Assembly (NCBI RefSeq): GCF_009914755.1
Contig: NC_060946.1
From: the human T2T-CHM13v2.0 reference genome, Homo sapiens
DNA: 64,000 bases
Strand: one strand, 5' to 3'
The notes below the pieces were generated by a model, which saw nothing but the letters and a program-made list of their open reading frames with translations, was not told the DNA's origin and made no database searches. The position numbers and the translations under genes were made by a program. The first letter of the stretch is position 1, and the number at the start of each line of letters is the position of its first letter. Below, one piece after another: positions 15,911-33,268 of the stretch.

Positions 15911-16516
15911 GAAGTGTTCTGGACTCTTACGATTGGGCCTCATTGTTTAAGTGAGTCTCTGCTTTTGGACTATGAACTTCACATGTCTTTCTCTGTTTTT
16001 GTCTTCCCCTTTAGGGATGACTGGAGTAGGCTGGAGTTGGGTACTTCCCTTCCAGAAGGTCATTTAGGATCTGATTATATGAGAGCAAGTTAGGCTGAGG
16101 TTCAGTAATTTCTCCTGAGGACAAGTCTTGTTAAGAACAGGGTGCTCTGGCATATTTTAAGATGGTTTTCCTTTTTCCTTCCCAAAGTTGGAAGCAGGAA
16201 GCCAGTTTTCTCAGGTATTTGCCACAGGAGCCTGGTGAAGCTCCAGGAGGTAAATTTTACAATATTATGCTCCTTCATAACTGGATATCCCTGGCGTTTT
16301 TACCTCCTTGAGTTCTCCATAATGGAACCTTCAGCAATTCACCAGTTATAGTTCAAGATTTTCTACTCCAGCACTGGTTCCTAAGGTGGTTTCAGTAGTG
16401 AGTCTCTGTTCATGTAAGCCATAAATTCCTATATTCACTTCTCTATCTCTCCAATCTTGGGGGCAGTGGCTTGCCCTATGTCCTCTCTTCACATTCAAAT
16501 CCAAAAAGGATTGTAG

Positions 16517-16681
<165 letters not shown>

Positions 16682-16729
16682 TCTTTTCAGCTTTTCATGT
16701 GTTGTTAAGATGGACTGATTACTTGCATT

Positions 16730-17352
<623 letters not shown>

Positions 17353-18664
17353 ACTTCTAAGCTTCTTACATGCAGAAATCAGAACCTGGAATCTGTTTCT
17401 ATGACTTTTCTTCTTAATGCCTATGTGGACAATTAAAGGATTTTTCTTCTCAGGACTCTGAATATGATGAATTGTATTAGTAGACTTTCTAATATTGAGC
17501 TGTTCTTAATTTGTGAAATAAACTCAGAAAGTTCCTTCTTGGTCTTAACAGTTTATTTCTCTTTGTAAATATTAGGGATTCTGTGGATTCTGTACTTGTT
17601 CCTTTTTATCCTTTCATTCTCTTAGGTTCATTTGGTCTGATGGATTCAGGTACCATTGAAATTCTGATAGTTTCAAAATCTTTATCTCCAGCTTTGATAT
17701 CTCTTGTGAACTCTGGAATTGTATTCCCAATTGCCAGTTGGACATCCCTACATATGGGACCTCAGATATTTCAAACATGATGTGTCCAAGTCTGTATCAC
17801 TTCTGGCCATCCTATTGTTCTTTTATTTTTCCAAATTTCACATCACCTGTAACAAACTCACTGTGATCATGGCAGATAGCCTGGAAATAAAACTCCCCTT
17901 TTTACCCTCTGCACAGCAAACTGACATCAAATCCTGTTTCTACTTTTTTTCCTTTTAACTATTGCTTCCCTATTCTGTATTCTCACTGCTCCATCTTCTG
18001 ATGTAGGAGGTCATCTGTCTTCCTCTTTTCCTCTCCTCTGACTCTTAAGCCCTTTCCTATTCTCTTTCTCATGAATGGCTGTTAAAATGCCAATATGGTC
18101 ATGTAACTTTCTTGTACTTAGTGAACCTCCTTATTTACACCATGTTTGTGAAGTGGCTGTATTCACCCTGGGTAGACACAGAATGTTTTTGGCATGTACA
18201 AAGAGAATTTTATGCTGCCTGTGTAGAGCTATTAATTTGTAAGTACACTCAGCTTTTTGTATCTGTACTTTTAATATCTGTGTATGTAAACAAACTTGGA
18301 TGCAAAATATTTGAAATAAAATCAGACGCTTGCATCTGTAGTGAACATATTCAGACTTTTTCTTGTCATTACTTCCTAAACAACACAACTATTTACATCC
18401 ACATTGTATTTGGTCTTCTAAGTGTGAAAGGAAAATAAAGATTGGGACTCCAAACTCATTAAGCTAAAGGGAAAAATCAAGCTGGGAACTCAGTCATGAA
18501 AACCTGCCTCCTCCTTTTGGTTCCTAAATAAGATGGCTACAAGATAAAAAGCTTTTTATCTTGTAGCCCCCCACTCATATTTTTCCCACAAGGAAATTTC
18601 TGGTGTACTTTAAGATCTTTAAAGTGTTTCTGTTAAAATTCACCATGGCAATGTAAATTCATAG

Positions 18665-18970
<306 letters not shown>

Positions 18971-19115
18971 TGATAGCTCATCTTTACAGTGCATAGGACA
19001 GAACTCAGAGTCATCCCTCTGCCCACCTGACACAAATGCATATCTGATTGTTCCCCTCCCTGTTTGTCTATGTTATGTATAAATGCAGATTCACTGAGAC
19101 AAAGGCATGAATGAC

Positions 19116-19469
19116 TGTATCAGTCTGTTCTCATACTGCTCTGAAGAAATACTCAAGACTGGGTCACTTATAAAGGAAAGAGGTTTAATTGACTCACAGC
19201 TCTGCATGACTGGGGAGGCCTCAGGAAACTTACAATAATGGCAGAGAGCAGCTCTTCACGGGGGGGCAGGAGAGACTTTGAGTGCAAGCAGGGGAAAGGC
19301 CAGACACTTACAAAACCATCAGATCTCATGTGACTCATTATCATGAGAACAGCATAGAGGAAACTGCTTTGATGATCCAATTACTTCCACCTGGCCCCAC
19401 CCTTGACACATGGGGATTATTACAATTTATGGTGAAATTTGGGTGGGGACACAGAGCTAAACCATATCA
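19116..19469 (-). mobile_element. THE1 (C/D-type) MaLR LTR
   Basis: TGTATCAGTCTGTTCTCA..AAAGAGGTTTAATTGACTCACAG..GGGGACACAGAGCTAAACCATATCA. Confidence 0.9.
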
Positions 19470-19919
19470 ATGAATGTTTTCCCCCTACCCCAGTCTTACA
19501 TGAAAACTGTATTTCTCAGTGTTTCACCCTTTCCCCTTTAAATTTGGAGCCCTCATAATCATTTTTAAAGAAAGGCATAGACTTGTCTCCTGGGTGTGCA
19601 TCCTTAATGTTGGCAAATAAACCTCTTAAAATGATTGAGATTTGTCTCGGTCATGTTTCCTGATTGACCGAAGTGTTCCAGAGATGATATAAAGTACACT
19701 CATGCATGGCTTAATGACATGTGTATGTTCTGAGACATGCATTACTAAGCAACATTTTTGTTTTGTGAACATCATAAAGTGTGCTTACATAATCCTAGAT
19801 GGTATATATGTTTATATTTTTTCTTATGAGAAATCATATGTTCTAACACCATCATTGAATATCAGTCACTTTCCCTACTTGATCTGCAGTGCTAGTATCA
19901 AGTCCCACATATCAGGTTT

Positions 19920-20931
19920 TATCAGGGGAACCAGCCCCCAATATTTCAACGTAGGTTCTTTCTATTTTCCTTAAGTGTTGGCTGGTCTGAGAAATAAAGG
20001 GTAAAAAGAAAGAAATTTTACAGCTTGGCCTCTGGGGGTGCCATCACATTGGACCATGATGGCGACCTTGAGCTGCAAAACCAGCCAGTTTTTATTAGGG
20101 ATTTTGAAAGGGGAAGGGGTGTATGAACAGGGAGTAGGTCATAAGGATCACATGCTTCAAAGGGCCATAAAGATCACAAGGTGAAGGCAAAATTAGAACC
20201 ACTGATGAGGGTCTGTGTCCCACTGTGCACACATTGTCTTGATAAACATCTTAACAGAAAACAAGGTTCAAGAGCAGAGACCAGTCTGACTAGAATTCAC
20301 CAGGCTGGAATTTCCCAATCCTAGCAAGCCTGAGGGTACTGCAGGAGACCAGGGTGTATTTCAGTCCTTATTTCAACTGCATAAGACAGACACTCCCAGA
20401 GCAGCCGTCTATAGACCTAACCCTGGGAATGCATTCCTTTCCCAGGGTATTAATTATTAATATTCCTTGCTGGGAAAAGAATTCAGTGATATTCTCTTAC
20501 TCACACGTCCATCTATAGGCTCTGTGCAAGAAGAAAAATATGGCTGTATTCTGTCTGACCCCGCAGGCAGTCAGACCTTATGGTTATCTTCCCTCATTCC
20601 CTGAAAATTGCTGTTATTTTGTTCTTTTTCAGGGTGCACTGATTTCATATTGTTCAAACAACCATGTTTTACAATCAGATTTGATATTGTTTGAACACAC
20701 ATTTTACAAACAATTTGTACAGTTAATGCAATCATCACACGGTCTTGAGGTGACATACATCCTCAGCTTACGAAGGTGATGGGATTAGATTAAAGTAAGA
20801 CAGGGATAAGAAATCATAAAAGTATTAATTATAAAAGTATTAATAAATGTCCATGAAATATTCCCAATTTATATTCTTCTGCCATGGTTCCCGCCAGTCC
20901 CTCCATTTGGGGTCTCTGACTTCCTGCAAGA
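19920..20931 (-). mobile_element. MER11 solo LTR (HERV-K11/HML-8)
   Basis: Ends GGGGTCTCTGACTTCCTGCAAGA (reverse complement of MER11 start); 6-bp TSD AGGTTT at 19914-19919 and 20932-20937. Confidence 0.92.
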
Positions 20932-21442
20932 AGGTTTCTATATGTGTTTATAATCTTAGGGGGCCATGGTAATATACATGGTTCATTATTGATTAAAAGG
21001 TCATTATGAGGCACATGACTGCATGTGGAAGGATAAGCATGGGTTATATGCAAATATACCATTGTATATAAGAATTGAGCTTCAGTGGTTTTTGGTATCT
21101 GTGGGTGTATTTTGGAGCTGATTTCCCATGGATACTGAGGAACAACTGTACTTTGAAAATGAAAGATGCATACATTTTTGTCATTAAAATTAGGTCAAAT
21201 ATTTAAATGCAGAATCATTGTATAATCAGTTCCTTCAAGACTGCATCTGTCTGTCTCATCAAGGTCCAGGATGGTTTATCTAGATACATTGCAGTATGTC
21301 ATTCCATTAACATGGTGTGTCTTCTTTGTGTCCTTGGGACTGGACTTCTGCTACACGTCATAGTTGTGAGATGGTGTGGTTCACATGGAAGTGCTAAACA
21401 ACTTTGGTTTTTCAGTGAAGTGCAACCTCATAATACTGTTCA

Positions 21443-21593
21443 TCACCAAGCCTGGCTAGTTTTTCTATTTTTTGTAAAGACAGGGTTTCACCATGTTGCT
21501 CAGTCTGGTCTTGAACTCATGAGCCCAAGTGATCCACCTGCCTCAACCTCCCAAAGTGCTGTAATTACAGGCATGAGCCACTGTTCCTGTCCT
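21443..21593 (-). mobile_element. Half Alu (left arm) at the end of duplication copy B
   Basis: GCCTGGCTAGTTTT..CTCCCAAAGTGCTGTAATTACAGGCATGAGCCAC; no right arm. Confidence 0.88.
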
Positions 21594-22053
21594 AACAAAC
21601 CATTTGAACTACAGGTGAAGCGAAGTCTCTCTCTCTGATATTTGGTCTTCTATTTACAGCTCCTAAAATATCTAAATGTGCCCTCCCTCTCAGGGCACAC
21701 AGCCCAATCCTATTTTCTCCCATATGATAGGAAAGAAAGAATCACATAACAAATGCCTAGTGATCTTCATTGTGAAGAGCACACGGTCAAAACATTTTTT
21801 AAAATCCTATTTCGAAGTCCAATTATGCAAAGAATTAATAAATAATGACACAAATTGATGAAAGAGTAGCTATCTTACTGAGTCCAGTGTAAGAACACAA
21901 ATGGAATTCATAATGAGCCACAAAGGCATCTGAGTCCAGATCAAAATGTCAAAGTCTTGAGAAAAGGCCCAACTGGGAGCAAATTATGAAATCTGCATGA
22001 GTCTCTTAAGGACGATTTAGGGAAGGCTTGGCCTTTGGTCGTTATTATGAGAC

Positions 22054-22395
22054 TGATATGGTTTGGCTGTGTCCTCATCCAAATCTCGAATTGTTGTTCC
22101 CATAATTCCCACGTATTGTGGGAAGGACCTAGTGAGAAGTAATTGAATCATGAGGACTGTTCTGTTCTTATGATAGTGAATAAGTCTCATGAGATCTGAT
22201 GGTTGTATGGAGGGAAGTTCCCCTGCCCATGCTCTCTCTTGTCTGCTGCTGTGTATGACCTGACCTTTGCCTTCTGCCATGATTGTGAGGTCTCCCCAGC
22301 AACGTGGCACTGTGAGTCCATTAAACTTATTTTTCTTTATAAATCACCCAGGCTTGGGCATGTCCATATTAGCAGCATGAGAACAGACTAATACG
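22054..22395 (+). mobile_element. THE1B-like MaLR solo LTR
   Basis: TGATATGGTTTGGCTGTGTCC..GAGAACAGACTAATAC; 5-bp TSD GAGAC. Confidence 0.93.
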
Positions 22396-23270
22396 GAGAC
22401 TTATTATGAGTTTGACAGGAAGGTGCAGAAACAGAGTTCTGGAGTCAGATTATGGGTGACAGCCACATAATCTTTTTTATTCAAGAAAATTGAAAGATTT
22501 TATATATGAGTGGAACTTAGCTTCTGTTCAGTGTTGATGTGGGAAAAAGTGAGGTTAGATTTGTGAGCAGGAGCTGAATCATTAAAAGTCTTCAAGTCCT
22601 TGCTAAAGAGTGAGAACCTAAGTTTTAAGCTGTTGTTAAGTGCTTTTAAGTCCTTGAGGAACACAGTTACCTGTCTAGAGATGTTAGTCTGGAAGTGAAC
22701 AAGATAACGGGAAGTAAGAGGAGTGCAGGCTGATGGAAACATGATGGAAAATGGAAATATTTCAGGTGAGAGAGAGTGAGGGTTTCACTGAGTCATAAAG
22801 TTGTGGAGAGGAAGCAGTGAGTAGAAGAATACTTGAGAAGTAGAATTAATAAAACTTTGTGACAGAACAGGTGATGGGTCTGGGAGAGAACTATATCTGG
22901 AACAGTGGATCTCAGAGTGCTCCATGAAAATAAGACTCTTTCTATCATAATACAGCTATGTTACTTGTCTTTTTCGCTTGTTTTTGTTCTCTGCTTTGGT
23001 GCAAATGCAGTAGTAAGTAAAACCGTAGCACAAAACAAGACAGTGGCTCCAAACAATAGTAGCAGTTCTAGTATTTACAGTCACGTGGTTGCCTCAATAA
23101 GTAAACATGCCAATTTTATTTTCATGTTACTTAAGAATATCATTGATGAAGCAGTAAAAAATAAAATTTTCATTCAATCTAGATCCCCAAGTATGTCTTT
23201 TCAGTATTCTATTTGATAAAATGGTAAGAACTCATAGAGCACTTATTACTTAAAAATGAACTAAGTGTGA

Positions 23271-24480
23271 CGGGGTGCAGTGGCTCACGCCTGTAATCCC
23301 AGCACTTTTGGAGCTCAAGAGTTTGCGACCATTTGGAGCAACATGGTGAAACCAAATCTCTACAAAAAAAATTAGCCAGGGGTGATGATGTAAGCCTGTA
23401 GTCTACTGTAGGGATGAGCCCTACAGGGTCTGTGGGTTTTCTTCACCGTGTGCAGAGATGAGAGATCGTAGAAATAAAGACACAAGACAAAGAGATAGAA
23501 GAAAAGACAGTTGGGCCCGGGAGACCACTACCACCAAGATGTGGAGACTGGTAGTGGCCCCGAATGCCTGGCCGCACTGTTGTTTATTGGATACAAGGCA
23601 AGGGGGCAGGGTAAGGAGTGTGAGCCATCTCCAATGATAGGTAAGGTTACGTGAGTCTCGTGTCCACCAGTCGGGGGACCTTCCTTGTTTGGCAGCCGAG
23701 GCGGAGAGAGAGAGAGGACAGCTTACATCATTATTTCTACTATGCATTTCAAAGACTTTTAGTACTTTCACTAATTCCGCTACTGCTATCTAGAAGGCCG
23801 AGCCAGGTGCAGAGGGCGGAATATGAAAGCAGACCAGGAGCCTGACCGCTGAAGCACAGCATCACAGGGAGACAGGCCTCCGGGTAGCTGCGGGCGAGCT
23901 TGACTGATGTCGCCTTCCACAAGAGGTGGTGGAGCAGAGTCTTCTCTAACTACCCCGGGGAAAGGGAGACTCGCTTTCCCGGTCTGCTAAGTAACCGGTG
24001 ACGTCCCAGGCGCTGGAGTTACCGCTAGACCAGGGAGCCCTCTGGTGGCCGTGTCTGGTCGCGACAGAGGGCTCGTACTCTTGTCTTCTGGTCACTTCTC
24101 ACAATGTCCCTTCAGCTCCTATCTCTGTATGGCCTGGTTTTTCCTAGGTTATAGTTGTAGAACAGAGATTATTATAATATTGGAATAAAGAGTAATACTG
24201 CAAACTAATGATTATTAATATTCACATATCATCATCTATATTCTATTTCTAGTACAAGTATTCTTCTATATATTTTCTTTATTACACTGGAACAGCTCAT
24301 GCCCTCAGTCTCTTGCCTTGGCACCTGGGTGGCTTGCTGCCCACAGTCTACTACTGGAGAGGCTGAGGAGGGAGGATCATTTGGCCCTGGGAGGCAGAGG
24401 TTGCAGTGAGCTATGATTGCACCACTGCTCTCCAGCCTGGGTAACAGAGCAAGACCTTCTCTGAAAAAAAAAAAAAAAAG
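23271..24480 (+). mobile_element. AluJ-like element split by an LTR13 insertion (23271-23406 and 24346-24480)
   Basis: GCCTGTAGTCTAC | LTR | GTCTACTACTGGAGAGGCTGAGG continues the Alu right arm. Confidence 0.9.
23407..24345 (-). mobile_element. LTR13-family solo LTR (HERV-K13/HML-4)
   Basis: Reverse complement starts TGTGGGCAGCAAGCCACCCAGGTGCCAAGGCAAGAGAC; perfect 6-bp TSD GTCTAC. Confidence 0.92.
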
Positions 24481-24845
24481 TGATATTGTCTTAAAAAAAA
24501 AACTGAGCTGTTACTGAAAATGTAAAAAGTTTTCAAGTGAAAATTAAAATTTGGAAAACGTATCTGCATTCTGGAACATGATAATTTTTCAAAACTTATG
24601 GATTTTTCTAAGGAGATCAAGGGTAATATTACTGAATTTCAAAATATTTTATAATAAAGTGTATCAATATTTGGAACATCTGCATTATTTGATGAACCAA
24701 TATTTTCCCAATGGCCATGCCAATATGATAAAAATCATGATTTGTAAAAGACCCATTAACATTGAAAATAGACCTATAGGTTTTAATGTGATATAGAAGA
24801 AAAAGCATATGATGTGGTGTCATGCCTCCCATTGCAATAACCTGA

Positions 24846-25192
<347 letters not shown>

Positions 25193-25457
25193 AAAAATTA
25201 TTTTAAATTATTCTTCCTTTCTACAACTTCATGTCTGTGTGGGGCACTATTTTCTTCACACACTTAGCCAAAACAACATATTGGAACAGATTGAATTGAG
25301 AAGCAGATATGAGTATCAATCTGTCTTCAGTTAAGCCAAACATTTTGCAAAAATGTAAAAACATTGCAACTCTTCAAACTATTTGAGGACTTGTTTTATT
25401 TTAAAATACTATTTTGTTAGCATGAACTGAATTTATTATTTTTAAGCATATTACGAA

Positions 25458-25761
25458 TTTTTTTTTGAAGTGGAATCTTGCTCTGTCTCCAGGCTGGAGT
25501 GCAGTGGTGCGATCTTGCCTCACACAACCTCCACCTCATGGTTTCAAGCGATTCTCCGGCCTCAGCCTCCTGAGTAGCTGGGACTACAGGGGCCCACCAC
25601 CATGCCCACCTGTTTTTTTTTTTTTTTTTTTTTTTGCATTTTTAGTGCAGATGGGGTTTCACCCTGTTGGCCAGGATGGTCTTGATCTCTTGACCTTGTG
25701 ATCCACCTGCCTCGGCCTCCCCAAGTGCTGAGATTACAGATGTGAGCCACTGCACCCGGCC
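25458..25761 (-). mobile_element. Alu (AluSc-like) with expanded linker poly-T
   Basis: GGCCAGGATGGTCTTGATCTCTTGACC. Confidence 0.93.
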
Positions 25762-26120
25762 AATATTTACTAATTTAGAAGTCCTAATTTATGATAATCA
25801 TTAATAGAAATAATACATAGGAATAAAGTTGGGTGAGAGAGAAAGGTTTGGAAGTTGTCAATTTTTTTTCTTTTAACTTATTTAAAATTCAAGTGTCATG
25901 TCTACAAAGTGGCTGCAAAACTCATAGAGACCTTATTCCTCCACACTCCTTTAGTTTCATTTTTTCCTTCTATCATAGGGTTTATCACTATTATTTTTAA
26001 TCTTGTCATCCCAACTAAATTATGAGGTCCTGCAGGAAAGAAAGTTATGTGCTTTATTTTTGACTTATTTGTACTTAGCACCATGAATTGCTTAGGGATT
26101 TTTCTTTAAAATAAAAATTA

Positions 26121-26444
<324 letters not shown>

Positions 26445-26872
26445 TTAGCAATGTTGTCATTTAGACATATTTAGGCATTAATTCTATCACTTACCAGACC
26501 TTAATATTTTAAATTGTTGATCATGGAATTTGTTGATTTGAACCTGAAAAACCTTAATTATTTTCAAGTAGTTTTTCCTTCAATTAAATTATATTAACTT
26601 TATATTTATTTGAAATAATTTATTTTCATGTTTTTATTAAACTTTCATCAATGTTTTGTGCTTTTATAACCATGTGAAATATTTATTTGTTTTTGAAATA
26701 TTGATTTTAAAAACAATGCAATTAGTTGATATTTATTATTGAAAAGTACTAGAATTTCACAATCTTAATAAATATTGATAATTGTTGTCATTTAGAAAAA
26801 TAATACTGGTGTAGGAATGAAGAGAGAAGAAGGAGTAAGAAAGGCGATTGCTCTTTATTTTGAGTATTTTCT

Positions 26873-27000
26873 TTTCTTTTTTTTCTTTTTAGTAAAAATG
26901 GGGTCTTGCTATGTTGACTACGCTGGCCTCGAACTCCTAGCCTCAAGCCTTTGCTTCTCAAAGCACTGGGTTTACAGATATGAGCCACTGTGCCCAACCT
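26873..27000 (-). mobile_element. FLAM/Alu monomer
   Basis: GGGGTCTTGCTATGTTG..CTCGAACTCC..GAGCCACTGTGCCC. Confidence 0.85.
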
Positions 27001-27054
27001 GATAATTATTTTTATGTCATGTTGACAGGATTTAGACTAATAAAACATTTCTAT

Positions 27055-28083
<1,029 letters not shown>

Positions 28084-28381
28084 TAGGGCACACACTGAGG
28101 CGGATGGCATCTCACTGTTAATCAAGAATAAAAAGCCTTAAATTATGCCAGAAACCACTATAGCAATGTCTGTGTCAAGAGGCTGTCTGAATATCTAAAT
28201 GTACATTTCACAGTACAGCAAACACTTTTTTTGAACTACATTATCTGTCAGATTGCCTAAGGCACTGAAATAGAAAACTCCTAGTGCTTGCTGTATTTTG
28301 CTAGCTTATACATTAGTTTCTTTTGTTGATTTTTGCTATGAGAGGACCAAAAAGATAGAAACCACAGTATCTGTTTTAATA

Positions 28382-28664
28382 TTTTTTTTTGAGACAGGGT
28401 GACACTCTATCACCCAGGCTGGTGCAATCACAACTCACTGCAGCCTCAACTTCCTGTGCTGAAGTGATCCTCCCACCTTAACCTCCTAAGTACCTGAGAC
28501 CACAGGCATGTGACACCACACCTGGTGTATTTTAGTATTTTCTTGTACACAGAGGGTTTTTCCATGTTTCCCAGGGTGATCTCAAACTCCTGGGCTCAAA
28601 GGATCCTCCTGCCTCAGCTTCCCAATGTGCAGTGATTACAGGAATGAACCACCATGCCTGGCCT
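28382..28664 (-). mobile_element. Alu (AluJ-like)
   Basis: CACTGCAGCCTCAAC..CTCCTGGGCTCAA; TSD TTAATATT. Confidence 0.92.
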
Positions 28665-28782
28665 TAATATTCTTTTCTATTTGTAAATGGAAAGCTTCAG
28701 AAAAGACCCTCAAACAGGACTATAAATGTTTTCACAATACTGTTTTGTACAGCCAGATATTAACAGTATATATAATGTAACT

Positions 28783-29116
28783 CAGGGGTCCCCACCCCTG
28801 GGCCATGGACAGGTATGTGTCCGTGGCCTCTGAGGAACCGGGCTGCACATCAGGAGGTGAGTGGTGGCTGAGCAAGCATTATGACCTGAGCTCCGTCTCC
28901 TATCAGATCAGCTGCAGCATTCGATTCTCATAGGAGTACGAGCCCCAATGTGGACTCCACATGTGAGAGATCTAGGTTGCATGCACTTATGAGAATCTAA
29001 TGCCTGATGATTGGAAGTGGAAGAATTTCATCCTGAAACTATCCTCCCTGCCATCTGTGGAAAAATTGTCTTCCATGAAACCCATTTCTGGTGCCAAAAA
29101 AGGCTAGGGACCACTG
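28783..29116 (+). mobile_element. MER1B (hAT-Charlie MITE)
   Basis: CAGGGGTCCCCA...GGGACCACTG TIRs; 8-bp TSD ATGTAACT/ATGTAACA. Confidence 0.9.
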
Positions 29117-29329
29117 ATGTAACATATACCAGTATATCACATTTATTCTTACCTGTTGACATATATCCTGAAATTAGCTGTGGACAAGCTGTGGGAGTTA
29201 TGTGTGAAAATAGCTTAGCAATTTAGACTCCCAGGACAATTCCACACTTCACTAAGCAAATGATGGCTATTCTTAACTGACAACATCATCACCAGCTGTC
29301 TCTTACTAACCCTAACAGTATAATAGAAT

Positions 29330-29772
29330 ACACGGTAGGAGCCCAGCCGAATGTCTTCCTCCAGCCCCACATCCAATGGCTGGCATGTGCACCCTCTTAC
29401 CTAAGGTTGTGTATCCCCTTCTCTGCAGCTACAGCCCACTTGGCCTGGGTTCCATTCCCCACCGCAGAAAAGCCTTCTACTACTGACTGGACTGGAGAAT
29501 ACATGCCTCAGTTCCGTTGTTCCCTGGCTGTGTAACTCTGAGGTCCATGTTCGACGTGGCTCCCCAGAGTTCTGTCATGGGAGTAAGCACCAGTCATCTG
29601 CAGTGTAACTCACTTGGCAACACATCCTTATTTTGTCTTCTTCCTGTTCCCTGTCCCATTCTGTCCCTCCTTGACCAATGCTTCCAGTCTCCTTGGGATC
29701 ATGTCCCAAATAAACCATGTGCACTGAAATCTTTGTCTTAAATTCTGCTCCTGGGGGAACCCACACTAAGAC
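29330..29772 (+). mobile_element. LTR16-type (ERVL) LTR
   Basis: 3' end CCCAAATAAACCATGTGCACTGAAATC..TCTGCTCCTGGGGGAACCCACACTAAGACA. Confidence 0.75.
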
Positions 29773-31644
29773 ATGGTGAATCTTCCATATTAAGGAGGAA
29801 CTGGTGCCTGTTGAAAATGAATTGTTGTGTTTGTTGGAGAAAAATTCATCTGTTACGCTGGAAGCAAACAAATCCCACAAGAATACTGTATTGCCAATAT
29901 TGTCCGTGTCTCCAGCTGAGCAGTTAAGGAGAGCTGCACTGATGCTGGAAGTTGCCAACACCTGTGAATGGCTCTGGAGGCTTCTTGTGGACCTCCATCT
30001 TGGAGGAGGTGGCAAATGCTTAGTAGTCTCCCAGGAGTCAACATGCCGGCACTCACACTGATCTCCATATCATTGTGGAGAGTCAATGTCAAGACCTTCT
30101 GCCCTTCAAAGCTATCACATTGTATGTGCCTTAGACGCCACTTGCCAGAAGCAAGCCAGGTTTACCTTTGGACACCAACAGCATTCTTTCCATTCATTCA
30201 TCCTCCTGACTTATCAGACCCTGCTATGAATGACTTGATTGTTCTTCAACTTCCAATTTACCCTCAAAATTTGAAGATTTTCTACCCGCTCAAAATAATT
30301 GATTTTGCCTTTTTGGAAAGCAGCCCACAAAGAGATTTTTTGAATAAATAAAAATTGATCCATGTTTACGAAGCGTGTATTTGGATATGTCCGTTGGACA
30401 TATCTATCATTTGTTGACATACCTATCACACTGTCTGGAATGACACCTCAGTTTTTTCCCTTTTCTTTCAAAGTAGGCCTTTGGGAATCACATTTACTTT
30501 TATATAGAAACATGATTTTTTCCTCTCAAGAGCTTGTCTTTTGTATTTAGCAAAAAAAAAAAGCCTTCTCCGTTCTGTAGAGAAAATCCCCAAATTGTGC
30601 AAAACCTCTGGAGAAAGCACTGAGCCCAAGAAATCAGCATTCCAAGAAAAAGACTCTGCACACAGCATCTGCATTTTTGTGCTGAACTGTTAAATGCAGA
30701 TGTAGTGAAATTCATAGCTTTTTCAAAATGTACAATATAGTGAGTGGGTGTTGCCAATACATTATAATTACCCTGGACTTGTGTGAGGTGGATCCTTTGG
30801 ATGAGAATTGGCTTTCTCAGATGAAGGGAATCTTGTCTGTGAATGAAGAAGACAAGGAGGAACAGAGTATTCTTGGGAGAGGCTGCCCTGGTTTTCATGA
30901 TATCAGTGATCCTTTAACCCAAAAGCCCACAGATGTTCTCCCTAATTAACCACAGAAAGTATAATTATTTACCACCCCCCAAGAATCTGAGTTCTTCTTC
31001 AGAAACCAAGATTGAGAGGAATTACTCCCAGAACCAGTGTGCAGTATACACCTTTGAACCCTTTGAGCTCTTTGCTTTCTTTTGCAGCTTGTTTTTTCCT
31101 GCCTGTTTTTCCTGTCTTCTTTCAGGCTAAGCCTCCCTCCTTTTGGTAGAGGTTTTTTTATACCATTTGGAAACTGGTTTGGATAAGCTACCTTAATGAA
31201 GGACCACAAGTCTCTCCAGAGATGATAAAAGACTTTTTGTCTTTTCTGGTAAGTCCTTTCTGGAATAAAGATCAGTGTCTTTCTGGATTACTCTTGGTTT
31301 CTACAGATTTTACATTCTGTCTGTGAGGCATATATTCTAGTGAATTTACTTTCAAATTGGTCTGAATGCCTAGTTTAATATTTTGATCTACATGTCTAGG
31401 TTAAAATTTTTGTGAACAATCTTATCTTGGTTTCTTTTGATTTTGTTTGACTCTTTATCCTTGTTTCTGAAATTCTCCCAAATGCAAAAGTAAACATTCT
31501 AAATGGTGGGTCAGGATGGCTAACTAAAAGCTGCCAGGGCAGTTGTCACCCTTTAAAACACTGGCCTAAACCCCGGAAATTCCATGACAGGATTTATAGG
31601 ATTTTCTCTACTCTTGAAAGATTAATGAAAAACAGAATGGTTGT

Positions 31645-31948
<304 letters not shown>

Positions 31949-33268
31949 CAGAATCGCATTCTCAAACATTAAGGCATGCTAGGTTTTCTGGGACTCCAGC
32001 TGGTTATATATTATGGCTCATATTTTTACCTTGCTGGGAAAATTACATCAAGGAAAATTCAGATCTCCAATAGTCATTATTTGAAAAACCTGCAATTATA
32101 GAGTTAACATGTCGAGTTTTCTAAGTTCTCTGTATACCTCTCTCGGTTCTTCTTCTGCCCATTCACTGTTTATGGAATTCTGGCCTGTGCCCCAAATCTT
32201 AAAGAGTATTCAACTTAATGGTTTTATAAATTACAACAGCTTCATGATATCAACAAGTGAGATAATCTTTGAAATATAAATTTAATTCCAAAATACCGTG
32301 GGTTAAGAAAAAGTAAGAAATATAAATTTAGGTTTACCTGACTTACAATTGTGTGCAACAACAGAATACTTAATTAGAAGTTAATGTAAGAGAAAAATAA
32401 CTAGATAAATATTTATGAAATTAGGCTCTCAGATCAAGCAGGTCAAAATCTTGACCGTACAGCAATAACCTAAGGTATGTCTAGCACAAAAATTTTGCTG
32501 TTTCTGCACACAAAAGCAAAAAATAAAAACTATAAATAATTTAAAACCGCTAAAAATCTTTCTTGTCCACACTTGCTAGTCAAGCAAATCACACTGGCAA
32601 AGAGAAAATAGATTTGCTTCTAATTCAAGGTTACATGGATATTTTATTTTTCTTATACAATTTATCCAGTCCCAGCTTAAATGTAAATATTGAAAATATA
32701 ACCCTAAACTCATTTGAAACTTAAGAAAAGGTGAAAAAAGTTTTTTAAAAAATCAAACTGCCATGGAAACTGCTTTACCCAAACTGTGGTTCACAACACT
32801 TATTAGATTATCTTTTGCGGCAAATAAATTTTAGCCATGTTTTACATTTTGCCAAAAAATATAAAACTGTCTTTTATAAACTGGTGGATTAGTATTACTA
32901 TCTCATGACTAAAAGCCTAAAATAAAAAAACATAAGATCTGTTATTTGTGTGTGTATATGTGGTCAGATGTGTTTATGTATATACACATGTATTTTGTTA
33001 TATGTTTTGCCTACATGGTAAAATCTGGTGTAGTGAGCCAGAAATCCCTTAAGAAAGTCTATTTAGATAAATGACCTTATGAAATATACAAAAATTAACC
33101 TAAATGCTTTTTAATTCATGTGACTTAATTAAATCTGTGATAAATAAACTATTCTAAAATTAGTGGTAAAATAAAAATAGAAATATCTTCAAAATGGTCG
33201 GTGTACATTTTACCAGGGTTTACTGGTCAGATGGTTTTATATTTTTTTCTTCTGGAAATCTGTTATTA

